A stretch of 63,981 nt of DNA, filler included, from Octopus bimaculoides (taxonomy: Eukaryota): assembly GCF_001194135.2 (NCBI RefSeq). It is 6 parts of 5 records of this genome, joined end to end, with 100 filler letters (N's around TTAATTAATTAA, not from the genome) between each part and the next. Parts side by side here need not be neighbours in the genome. Positions count along the whole stretch, not along the records: positions 1 to 23,421 come from NC_068981.1; positions 23,522 to 36,639 come from NC_068991.1; 4 more parts are not named here. One strand, given 5' to 3'. The stretch's first letter is position 1. Every line of letters begins with the position of its first letter. The translations under genes and the position numbers were made by a program. The notes under the pieces were generated by a model. It had not been told where the DNA came from. It saw only the letters and a list, made by a program, of their open reading frames with translations, and searched no databases. Positions 13,901 through 24,641 of the stretch are shown in pieces.

Positions 13901-14081
13901 GTAAACGTAAGGGATAAGTTTTCCTACATTGTCTCATACAACCGACCATCGTGCATTTCAAAGCACGATGGTGAAATTTTTTCTGAGATACTAATGAAAC
14001 TGAACAATAATCCTGCTACAAAATATAGACACACACAAAGGCACAAACGCACAAACGCACAAACGCAACCTTGATATGTTT
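13901..14081 (+). repeat. Second copy of the ~160-bp locally duplicated segment
   Basis: See 12436-12597; this copy has extra CACAAACG units. Confidence 0.9.
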
Positions 14082-14559
14082 GTATATTCTCATTTAAAAA
14101 CTGGAACCATAACTTAAGCACATATACTCAATTCATGAAGCAGAATGGAAACATTTATTTGATTTAGATGATGGCTCTTACAAAACTACACGTTTCCTTC
14201 AGTTTTAAAAAATCTGGGGTGATACACGTGAGCACTGCTGTAAAAGGTTGGGCTTGTAGAAGGTAGAGTTGTGGATAGTAGAATATCATTGACAAAGGAC
14301 TCGTCAGTATCTGTGATGTAATTAGTCATGTAAATAATGCGAGCGCTACTGAGAGAAGATGGCATAGTTCAAAATTTGAAAAAATAATGAAAAGCATTTC
14401 GGTAGCATTGAAATCGGAAAGTTATGAAGGAAGCTTAAGAGGAAGGAGAGAGTGAGAATGGTAAGAGAGATTAACAAAAACGAAACAAATAAAAAAATCA
14501 TATTCAAATTAGATAGTAAAAGGAGAGAGGAAGGGGAATCTTAACATTGATCAATAAAT

Positions 14560-14877
14560 ACAGCAAATATATAAGAAGAAATGTAATTCAAGTGGCCTCA
14601 ACGCAATGCTTTGCCAGGAGTCATTGTCTTGCATTAGCTTTCTTAATATCCGCAATTCTATGTTTTGCGCTTCTATCAATAACATAAATGCACCTGATAG
14701 TCTTTGTCTTTCGTTAAGTAGCCAAAATATCTCACATGGTGGGTTCAACATGACAACAATGGCCAGTTAAATCTCCCTGCCTTGAGTAATAGTAATACAA
14801 TAGATGGAATGCGTTCATAAATCTCCTTTTAGTCTTGTGTTCACCACATATAATGTTTCAGTCTCTCATACGAAAGC
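14560..14877 (-). pseudogene. RTE-like LINE fragment (post-RT region), inverted
   Basis: Degenerate LLYG.ETW-like, MNAFH and ..GHCCHVEPPCEIFW (RLAGHC.R-like) segments on the minus strand. Confidence 0.55.
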
Positions 14878-14879
14878 GT

Positions 14880-15250
14880 GATGTATGCAGGCGTATTATT
14901 GAACTATGATATACTAACTAGATAGATTAGAATAACCCATGAAGCTTTGTGAGAAGCACAGACAATTCAGCTTCCGAGTCTCCAACAAAGGCAGGAATTC
15001 TTCAGAGGGAGATTCTATCCCTTTTTGTCTTTGCCGTTGCTGTGGAGTATACTAGAAGGGAGAGTTTTGAACTCATCCAAGAGAAAGGACTCTCTATCAG
15101 GCAGAAACGATCAAGATGTCAGGAAAGCATGTGTTTCTCTGACCTTGACTAAACTGATAGTCTTGCTTTCATAGCTGATCGATTTGTTAGCATCACTTGG
15201 GAATGCTGCAGACAGAATACATGAGCATCAATAAATATATCAGCAAGGGA
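14880..15250 (+). pseudogene. RTE-like LINE RT core fragment
   Basis: AGILQREILSLFVFAVAVEY (GV.QGD.LSP.LF-like), EKGLSIRQKRSR, SDLD*TD (DLDYADD-like). Confidence 0.7.
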
Positions 15251-16119
15251 CATATACTAGACTAAATGAATTAATAGTTTAGAAATTTCATCATGATTAT
15301 CATCCATTGGAAAATTTTGGAAGATGATGTGAAAAAGTTCAGTTTTAAATAAATAAAATAATACAATAATATGTAGGCGGTAAGAATGTATTGAAAGCTC
15401 TTTCGATTTATAAAACAACTGCAAGTATCTTTAATAACTTAAATGCTAATCATATAAGTTATTAACATTGTAATAATGAACAAAGCTATCACTGACATTG
15501 ATGTTGATATTACTCATCATGCACAGAAAGAGATGATCTGCTATGACGTGCTAACTGGATAAATAGAATTTCTATGTCGGTTTGAGTGTAAATTGCTCAT
15601 CGGAGGTAAACGACTTCATCGGAGTTATTTGATATTCCACATTAGGAATAGTTTACAAGCATATTATTCAAATTCAATCCACAAATGTAAGGAAGAAGCT
15701 TTTCACTATTAAATGATGTGATAATGAATTGTAAATGTTTAATACATAATTCCATTTAAATTATGTAGCTATTATCCAGACGTCAGAGAGTAACCTAATT
15801 AACCGTACACAGGAATTAGTAGTACACTATAAGAATTTCTATAATAAATCCTTCAGCAGGTTCCCTAGATAATTTTCACTCAATAGTGAGAGACAATGGA
15901 CAAGACGGATATAATGCCTAGAGGGTAAATGCAGGTTATCTAATATAGATTTTAGATTATTTTATTATTCTATTTACTTTTTATTTTAGTTTTTATTTTA
16001 TTTTTTGTTTTATCTTTAGCCTTATATTTTCTCTCTTGCTTCCCATTTAATATCGTTGCCCTCTACACCTTCCCATTTAACACAGTTGCCCTCTCGTATA
16101 TTCATTCTATTTACCCTTT

Positions 16120-16320
16120 AATTTTCTCCAATAAACTTCACTCCCAATGGGTGATAGTAAATTACCTAATATTAACCATTTAAGTTGTCCATGGGAGTAA
16201 GTGGACAATATCAAATTTCAATACTCTATATGAACAGTAAGTGGCTTGAAGACAATGTAAATATTTTGAGAGTGATGCCCAAATTAAACACACTAATGTT
16301 TTTGATACTGTCCCGTCTTT
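16120..16320 (+). pseudogene. Possible degraded PLE RT fragment
   Basis: PINFT...DSKLP and SGQYQ resemble the PLE I.FT.E.E....LPFLD and TGQYL motifs; only recognisable across frameshifts. Confidence 0.3.
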
Positions 16321-16711
16321 GGTCCCTGGCTATCGTATACCCCTTCCTGTCTTCATTCTTCCATCCCATGCCTCCCGTCGGGCTATTTTTTCTCTTCATT
16401 TTCTTCCTTGCTCTTTCCTTTTGTCCTTCTTTCCCGCTCATCACTTTTTTTCCCCTTTTTCTCTTTATCTCTCGTCCACTCACTTGTTCTTATTGCCTGC
16501 TTTCGCTCATGTTCTGATTGGCTTTCATCAGAATAATATGACTCCGGAAGTGATAGCATTAATTTTTTAAAGTCGTTCAATTTTTCTCAACCGACCAATG
16601 AGACGATCCAGTAAACCGATTAATGAACGAACCTAAAATAAATATCGGAAACAGTCAAATTTACTGTAATAAAGGAATAAGTAATGACCATTACTTATAA
16701 CTTGCCTTGTT

Positions 16712-17510
16712 TCACTTCAGAATGCAAACTATAATCAGCGCGTTTGCAAATAGTCATATTTTATCGCAAAATATAAACCCCTTTTGAATGCTCCTACTAC
16801 AGATGACACTACTACAAGGGCCTTAGAATAACACCCACGAAAATATTAAAAACGATATATTCAGAACAGCCACTACCCACGAATTTATTCAGAACAATTC
16901 CAATCACTACTGCTATAACAACAACAGATCACTTCTAGGTTACTTGACCATTTAAGGAGGCTCCGCTACTGTCATACCACTCCCGTCTTTTTCTTCTTTC
17001 TCTTCTTTTCCTCCTCCGCCTCCTTCTTCTTCTTCTTCTTCTTCTTCTTCTTCTTCTTCTTCTTCTTCTTCTTCTTCTTCTTCTTCTTCTTCTTCTTCTT
17101 CTTCTTCTTCTTCTTCTTCTTCTTCTTCTTCTTCTTCTTCTTCTTCTTCTTCTTCTTCTTCTTCTTCTTCTTCTTCTTCTTCTTCTTCTTTCCTTCGCCG
17201 TCTCCTTCTTCAGCTACTTCTCCTTGAACAATCAAAATCCAGAACCAACACCCCTCATGTTAAACATTTCTTCAGATCTGGTACTACCTACCTAGCGATC
17301 CATCACAAAAGTAATAGAGAGAAAGAAAAAATGAAAATGTCTCACCTATTTTAAAACTATGGAAATATTTTAAAACACCACTTCATTTAATTTTTCCACA
17401 ATTTAATTGTTTTTCATGCTTTTTAAACTTGTTTTTCAAGTTGGAAAAGTCGCAAAGATTGTAACCGGTACTAAAATGTTCTTCGTAATAAAATGGTTTA
17501 AGCATTTTCT
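16712..17510 (+). mobile_element. PLE 3' terminal copy (end of GIY-YIG ORF plus 3' UTR with pyrimidine tract)
   Basis: Colinear with 21609-22366 (+); inverted homolog of 17511-17900; contains ...FIAKYKP-type ORF end. Confidence 0.8.
17023..17191. repeat. Long pure (TTC)n tract inside the PLE 3' UTR
   Basis: Direct inspection. Confidence 0.95.
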
Positions 17511-19236
17511 CAAGAAGAAGAAGAAGAAGAAGAAGAAGAAGAAGAAGAAGAAGAAGAAGAAGAAGAAGAAGGACGAGGAGGAGGAGGACGAGGAGGAGGA
17601 GGGGGAGGGGGAGGAGGGGAGGAGACAGAAGTTGTATGATGTAGTAGTAGAGGCTGACCGTGGAATCTACTTTAATGGCCAAGTGACCTAAAAGCGACCT
17701 GTTGTGGTTGTAGCAGTAGTGGTAGGAACTTTTCTAAATAAATTAATGCGTAGTGACTGTTCTAGACATATCGTTTTTAATATTTGCGTAGGTATTATTC
17801 AAAGATCCTTGTAGTAGTGGAAGCATTCAAAAGAGGATTTATATTTTGCGATAAAATATGATTCTTTGCTAACGCGCTTATTATAGGCTGCATTGTTCCT
17901 AAATTTGTAAGCGGGGAAAATTCTAAAGTTAGGTCATTCATTAGTGATGCAAATGTCGATGTGTTCACTTAATGCTATTTTTCTGTAATCCCGAACTTTA
18001 ATCTGGGATCTATGTACGGTCATTCTCTAAATATATTGCTATCGACACCCTCGGCAAGTTAACACGTATATCATGTTTTACGAAGCACATGTGAAGTTTA
18101 TTTTTTAACAGTAAAACGTTGACCCTGTTTGAAGGAGAACTCCTATTCCTTAATTAGGTTGACACATATATCACAGTTAGATCTTCCGTATTATTTTACT
18201 ATCATTTTCAATGTTGCTGACGAGTTGACCCTGTTTGAAGGAGGTCTCCGATCCCCCAAATAGGTTGACTCATATACAAAATTAGACCTTCAGTTTCGAT
18301 GTTGATGACGACTGTACCTGGGCTTGTGTTAGAATACTTTTCATTGACCTGGGTTGTCTTTTACTCTTTATGATGGTATGTGTTTGGAGGATTTGATTAT
18401 TTCTATGACCCCTTTTTAGTAAAGGAATATTCTGGAGGATGGTGTCGAAGGCCTCATTGTTTCGGGGTTGTTTGTACATATGTATCATAGGGCTTTTGGT
18501 TGTAATTCATTCTTTAGTTTGGGATGTCTGAGTTCGTGGGCGTTGAGTTGTAGGACATATTGAAAACCTATATCAATTAGTGATGGCGGGGAAATCCTGC
18601 TGATGATTGTACCCATTAGCTCATGTAGTTTTGAGTCCCTGGTGCTTGTATCAGATACTATAGTGCAAATCTTTTTTGCCAGGTTGAAAGAGATATTCAT
18701 TCTACTGTGTCTGAGGTGGCATGAGTTGAACGGTAGATATTACTTGGAGTCCGTGGATTTCTCAATGAGGATGTTGAGGAATGGAATTTGTTGATGGTTA
18801 TATTCCATCATAAATTTAATATTTATGTCAAGCCCGTTTAGAAGTGCTTGAAATTCTTTAGGTCTCCCTATACTTTCATGCCAAAGAATGAAGCAGTCAA
18901 CTAGACATCTCCTCCAGTTATTTTCTATGTAAAGGGGGAATGGGTTTCCGTATTTTTATAGTACCTTACGATAAAGTGGGATTTCTAGGTACCCCATGAC
19001 TGGGTTAGCACAGAAAGGAGCCATTATCGCACCCATCGCAATCCCTGTTTACTGTCGATAGTTTTCAATGAATACGAAGAAGTTATTCTCCGAGATGAAC
19101 TTTAGCCCTTTTACTGTAAATTCTCTTTTGATGCTGTGTGGGAGTTCACTGGATTGATTCTCTAGCCAGAATTGGATTGCCTGAATTCCTAAGTTGTGGG
19201 GGGATATTAGAATACTGGTTGACTATATCGAAGGAT
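17511..19236 (-). pseudogene. Neptune-like Penelope element: RT core, thumb, linker, GIY-YIG endonuclease, 3' UTR
   Basis: SFDIVNQYSNIPHNLGIQAIQFWL; ENNFFVF...GIAMGAIMAP; WRRCLVDCFILW (YLDD site decayed); NISFNLAKKICTIVSD; IIKSKRQP; RMTVHRSQI...LSEHID. Confidence 0.9.
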
Positions 19237-19252
19237 ACTGGTAGGATACACT

Positions 19253-19976
19253 CATCAGCAGGAATTATCCACCATCACTAGGTTTTCAACGTGCCCTACA
19301 TGTTAACATCTACAAACTCAGACATCCCAAACTAAAGAATGAGTTACAACCAAAAGCCCTATGATACATATCTACACACAACTCCGAAACAATGAGGCCT
19401 TCGACACTATCCTCCAGAATATTCTTTTACTAAAAAGGGGCCATAAAAATAATCAAATCCTCCAAACGCACACCATCGTAAAGAGCTAAAGACAACCCGA
19501 GTCAATGAAAATTCTAACACAAGCCCAAGTACACTCGTCAACAACATCGAAAATGACAGTAGAAAATGCGGAAGACCTACCTGTGGTATATGAGTCAGCC
19601 TAATTTGGGGATCAGAGTTCTCCCTCAAACAGGGTCAACGTTTTACAGTGAAGAGCAACTTCACATGTTCTTCGTAAAACATGACATGTGTTAACTTGAT
19701 TAGGGTGTCGACTGCAATTCATTGGCCAAACTAAAAACAGTCTACGCCAGAGGATGACCGTACATAGGTCCCGGATACAAATACGGGAATATAGAAAAAT
19801 ACCATTAAGTGAACACATCGATATTTGCGCTACTAATGAACAACCCAACTTTAGAATTTTCCCCTTCAATAAATTTAGGGAGAATGCAACCTATAATCAG
19901 TGCATTAGCAAAGAATTTTATTTTATCGCAAAATATAAACCTCTTTTTTAAATGCTTCCACCACAGATGACACTAG
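19253..19976 (+). pseudogene. Second copy of the same PLE (thumb to GIY-YIG end), inverted relative to the first
   Basis: Reverse-complement homolog of ~17815-18610; KCGRPTCG linker knuckle; MTVHRSRIQIREYRKIPLSEHIDIC...FIAKYKPLF. Confidence 0.9.
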
Positions 19977-20009
19977 ACACTAAAGGTATGAACACGAATA
20001 AAATGAAAA

Positions 20010-21220
20010 GCGGAACAAGCAGTAAACAGTGCGATCGGAAAGCTAAGGCATGCCGATATAGTCGGAGCGATGCAAGAAGCAAGAGCCGGTCTATGGTTGC
20101 AAAACTTCAAACCATTTTGCATAAGCAGTGTAAAAGAGGTGAAAGCGGCAGTGGTACACGAAGTGAGAAAGGAGGAAAAAGAAAGGCGAAATGTACATTT
20201 GGTGCAATGTAGGCAACAGAGATAGTGCCTAAGATGGGAGGAATATATGGTCAGCCGCAGAATCTCATGGAAGAAACTTTGTGCTTGTAATATAGCAACA
20301 ACATCCTTTCTGACCCAGTCTAACTTCGACGTTTTGCATTCACCGGCCAATTTAGTCTGATGGAACATACAAACGACTGATGAATGTAGATGCAGAGAGA
20401 AAACGACGGTGAGACATGTTCTGTCAAACTGCAGGCTAGCACTAGACAGATATACATGGCATGATAATCAAGTCCTCGTTGTCATAAGCGCAGCATTCAA
20501 GAAGTTAGAGGGATATAATAGGGAAGAATACCCCAGAATGGAAAAGAGCGAAAGGAAATACTTCCAGCAGGGAAAAGGACATAAAAGACCAGGCCTTCAA
20601 AAAAAGTATACGAGACAGACGAAAGCTGGAAGAGGTACTGGGACCTGGCCCCGTGTTTGCAAAGACTTAATATTTCCACTCATAAATACAAGACACAAAC
20701 CGGACTTAATCCTATGGAACACAGAACGAAAAAACTGGAATTTTGCTAGAACCGACAGTGTCACGGGAAGAGAACATCGCTAATGCAGAGCAACGGAAGG
20801 AGAGAATGTATGAGAGATTAATCGAAGAGTGTGGGAAACAGGGTTGGACAGACGAATATTACCACCTGGCAGTGGGGCCTAGAGGCTTCATTGAAAGGAA
20901 AATGGCGACGTTATTCAAAAGAAGGTTTGCATTTTCGAGCTCAGAGCTGAATAAACTAATAAGGAGGATACAGAAAGCAGTTGACAAAGCCAGCTTTTGT
21001 ATATGACTGAATCGAGAAGAACTGAAATGGCTCGAAAGCCATAATATGCCGACTGGGAAATAGCGTCGCTAGGTCACGCTAAAACAGCGTTGCTGCTTGA
21101 CAGGTGGGCCAGAGGAACCATCTTGTTCATTGCGCGCCCTCCTCCTCGATAGTTAAAAGGCTTGTACCACAAGACAGCTAATCGGCTCTAGCTGCTGCAG
21201 CTGACACTAACACGACTGAT
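20010..21220 (+). pseudogene. HERO/NeSL-like restriction-endonuclease LINE, 3' part plus 3' UTR
   Basis: AVNSAIGKLRHADIVG; RHVLSNCRLALDRYTWHDNQVL; KPDLILWN; EENIANAEQRKERMYERLIEECGKQGW...AVGPRGF; ORF end near 21063. Confidence 0.8.
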
Positions 21221-21240
21221 TTGGAAGGTAGGTAAAAAGA

Positions 21241-21380
21241 GGGCGCGGGCCAAAATTATGCACCCTTCTCCTCCATTGGTCAGTAGAATGTTAGATTGTG
21301 TCACGTGACAGATAGCTGGCTCTGGCTACTGGAGCCTGGTGGCGAGTATATAAAGGGAAATTTGGCAGGGTGGCCATTCG
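21241..21380 (+). promoter_or_regulatory. Candidate RNA Pol II promoter cassette
   Basis: GC-rich GGGCGCGGGCC (21241), ATTGG = reverse CCAAT (21275-21279), palindrome TGTCACGTGACA (21299-21310), TATATAAAG (21347-21355). Confidence 0.4.
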
Positions 21381-21608
21381 CCCACTGACATTCGTCGACG
21401 CTGCATCGAAGAAACCAAACAAAAAGCCAAAGGGAAAAAGAAAAAAATACTGAAGACACCTCCAAAATTGGGGGTACCCTCGACGTCGAAAATGGTAGAG
21501 GAGTAGGAGCCGAAACCGAACCTGGTTCTTTCTGATGATGTTCTTAGCCACTAGATCCTTCAAATGAGCTGCTAAGGTAGCGAACCACGAAATGTGGCTG
21601 GAATTCCT

Positions 21609-22366
21609 CAACTTCAGAATGCAACTTATAGTCAGCGCATTTGCAAATAGTCATATTATAGCAAAAAATATAAACCCATTTTTGAATGCTCGAACAACAG
21701 ATGACACTCCTACAATGACCTTAGAATAATACCTGCGCAAATATTAAAAACGATAGATATATTCAGAACAGTCGCTACCCATGAATTTATTTAGAACTGT
21801 TCCTACCACTACTGCTACAACCACAAAAGGTAAATTTTAGGTCATTTGACCATTAAAGTTGATTCCACGGACAGCCTCTACCACTCCCGTCTTTTCCTCC
21901 ATTCCTTTTCTTCTTTTTCTCTTCCTCCTCCTCCTTCTCCTTCGTCTACTTTCTCCTCCACTTCTTCCTCTTCTTCTCCTCCTCCTTCTTCTCTTTTCCC
22001 CTCCTCCTCTTTTCCTCCTCCTTCTTCGCCTTCTTCCTCGGCTGATGCTGCATAAACGATCAAACTTCAGAACCAAATATTTCTTTGCACCCACGAAAAC
22101 TATGTTTTCAGATCTGTTACTACCTACTGAGCCTTCAGAAAGGAAAACAGAGACAGAAACCAAAAAGGAAAATGTCCTATTTATTTGAAGACTATGGAAA
22201 TATTTACAAAAAAATTTATTTAATTTTTTCTTAAATTTTTATTATTTTTCTTCTTAATTAATATCCGCCTTCGTTTTAATCTTAGTTCAAAAAGTCCAAA
22301 AGACAGAAACCGGTACTAATCGTTACAAAATGTATTTCATGATAAAATTATTTTAGCATTTTCTAC
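21609..22366 (+). mobile_element. PLE 3' terminal copy with imperfect CTT/CCT tract
   Basis: Colinear with 16712-17510; same 5' start ACTTCAGAATGCAA and similar 3' end GCATTTTCT. Confidence 0.8.
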
Positions 22367-22438
22367 CTTGTCTTATTTCCTTATACATATCAACTCAACT
22401 CTGTTACTGTTCAACCTTCTACACACACACACACACAC

Positions 22439-22487
<49 letters not shown>

Positions 22488-22713
22488 TGTCTATCTATNN
22501 NNNNNNNNNNNNNNNNNNNNNNNNNNNNNNNNNNNNNNNNNNNNNNNNNNNNNNNNNNNNNNNNNNNNNNNNNNNNNNNNNNNNNNNNNNNNNNNNNNNN
22601 NNNNNNNNNNNNNNNNNNNNNNNNNNNNNNNNNNNNNNNNNNNNNNNNNNNNNNNNNNNNNNNNNNNNNNNNNNNNNNNNNNNNNNNNNNNNNNNNATAT
22701 ATATATATATATA

Positions 22714-22910
22714 TTTACTTTTATTTTTTACTTGTTTCAGTCATTAGACTGTGGCCATGCTGGGGCACCACCGTGAAGCGTCTTTAGTCGAATGAATCGA
22801 CCTCAGAACTTATTTTTCTTGTTTTAAGCCTGGTACCTATTCTATCAGTCTCTGTTGCTGAACTGCTAAGTTATGAGGACAGAAACACATCAACACTGGA
22901 TGTCAAACAC
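22714..22910 (-). mobile_element. SINE family B, 3' half
   Basis: TTGTTTCAGTCATTAGACTGTGGCCATGCTGGGGCACC is the reverse complement of the family-B tail. Confidence 0.85.
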
Positions 22911-22935
22911 AGACTCAATAACAAACACATACACA

Positions 22936-22977
<42 letters not shown>

Positions 22978-23049
22978 CTCACACACACAAATAAAGAAAA
23001 CAGAGATAAAGGTAAATATAATTGGTGTATGTGTATGTGCATGTGTATA

Positions 23050-23086
<37 letters not shown>

Positions 23087-23465
23087 GAGTGACTCAAGGG
23101 CAGAGAGTTTCGTGCAGTGGCATTTATCAAATATGTGTGTGTATGTATAGGAATATGCAGAATACATACATACTAATGTACACACATAACACATAAATAG
23201 ATTCCTATGCACACACACACATACATACACACATACATGCATGCATGCATGTATAGGCACACACACATACACACACACACTGTTCCACACACATGCGCAC
23301 AAACAAACAAAAAGGAACGCAGTGTGAGTAACGGACAGAGTCAAAACTATTGAAAAGGTTACAAGACGCAACAAAAGTTTTTAGAGAAACAAAAAAGAAA
23401 TAAGTGGAAATTCTACCGGTGNNNNNNNNNNNNNNNNNNNNNNNNNNNNNNNNNNNNNNNNNNNN

Positions 23466-23477
23466 TTAATTAATTAA
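23466..23477. other. Assembly join marker TTAATTAATTAA inside a 100-bp gap (also 36684-36695, 42960-42971, 53520-53531, 61195-61206)
   Basis: Identical 12-mer centred between two 44-N runs at five sites. Confidence 0.9.
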
Positions 23478-24425
23478 NNNNNNNNNNNNNNNNNNNNNNN
23501 NNNNNNNNNNNNNNNNNNNNNATCTTATATACATGCACACACAAACGCATGCACACATACAAGCATACACTCCGACTCACACATATGAATACATAGTGAT
23601 TAGGATATAAGTATATGTAAGTGTGTTTGTAGACATGTATGTATGTGTGAGTGTTTACTAAGAACCCTACCGGTGCTATAATATAATCTGTCTCGTATCT
23701 AATTAGGAAGCCATCAAAGACGTAGAAAATACTCAGACTAGACAAAATATTGTTCTGGTACAAAGGATTAATATAATTTTTGGCAACCGCAGATAGCATA
23801 AACAAGAAAAAAACAACAGTAACAACAGCAGTAACAGCAAGAAAATACTGCTCCAAGAACAACTGCATCATCAACAGCAACTACAACAACTATGACAACA
23901 ACAACAACAACAGCCAGGTTAGCTAATTACATGCGTTGATCATTTGTTTGTGTTATTTAGTTTGAAGGTCAGTGGATAAGAGGATGAGAAAATTAGTGGA
24001 ACGCCAGAGAAAAATGCCATCCGTCTTTTGTTTTGTCTCTTCAGATTCTGTGTTAAGTGCTTTTACATTCTCAGTTGAAACCTTACCGATATCTATGCTG
24101 CCTTTCATGTATCCTTGGTTCGACAAAATAAATACTATTGAGGAACTGATCTTTTTTTTTCTTTCTATTAAACCCTGTATTTTTCTAGTTCTTAAAAATA
24201 CAAGGCTCTGTACCTATATTGGATTGGATTGGATTGCCTATTGCCTATGTTGTATGGAGGCCTTTGCACGTTCTCTCCACCAACCATCAAGCAATGACGA
24301 GACCATGAATTTGAGCTTGAGATCATAATGGTATGATGAGCACACTCTGCCACACTGATTTCATATGGCTTGACTGAGGCATGCAGTTTGTTTTTATTAT
24401 ATTCTTACTCAGAAGTAGTTAAGTG

Positions 24426-24641
24426 GATTGCATTGACCTCAGTGCTCAACTAATACGTATTCTATCGACCCCGAAAGGATGAAAGGCTTACAAAGAATAC
24501 TAGGCTTACAAAAAATACGTCTTGGGTCGGCTTGCTCGACAAAATCGATCTTTGCGGAATTTGAACTCAGACCGTAAAGACGGACGAAATATCGCTAAGC
24601 ATTTCGCCCGGCGTGCCAACGATTCTGTCAGCTCGCTACCA
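24426..24641 (-). mobile_element. SINE family A carrying an internal family-B fragment
   Basis: Reverse complement of 1-150; extra ~53 bp at 24488-24540 matches family-B GGCTTACAAAGAATAAGTCCTGGGGTCGATTTGCTCGAC. Confidence 0.85.

Noticed and set aside
16972-17691. Poly-K, poly-L and poly-E ORFs
   Set aside because: Translations of (TTC)n/(AAG)n tracts in PLE UTRs.
22127-22157. CTGA-G-CCTT-CAGA-AAGG-AAAAC in the PLE 3' UTR
   Set aside because: Suggestive of a decayed hammerhead, but the core is incomplete and the sister copy at 17.3 kb does not preserve it.
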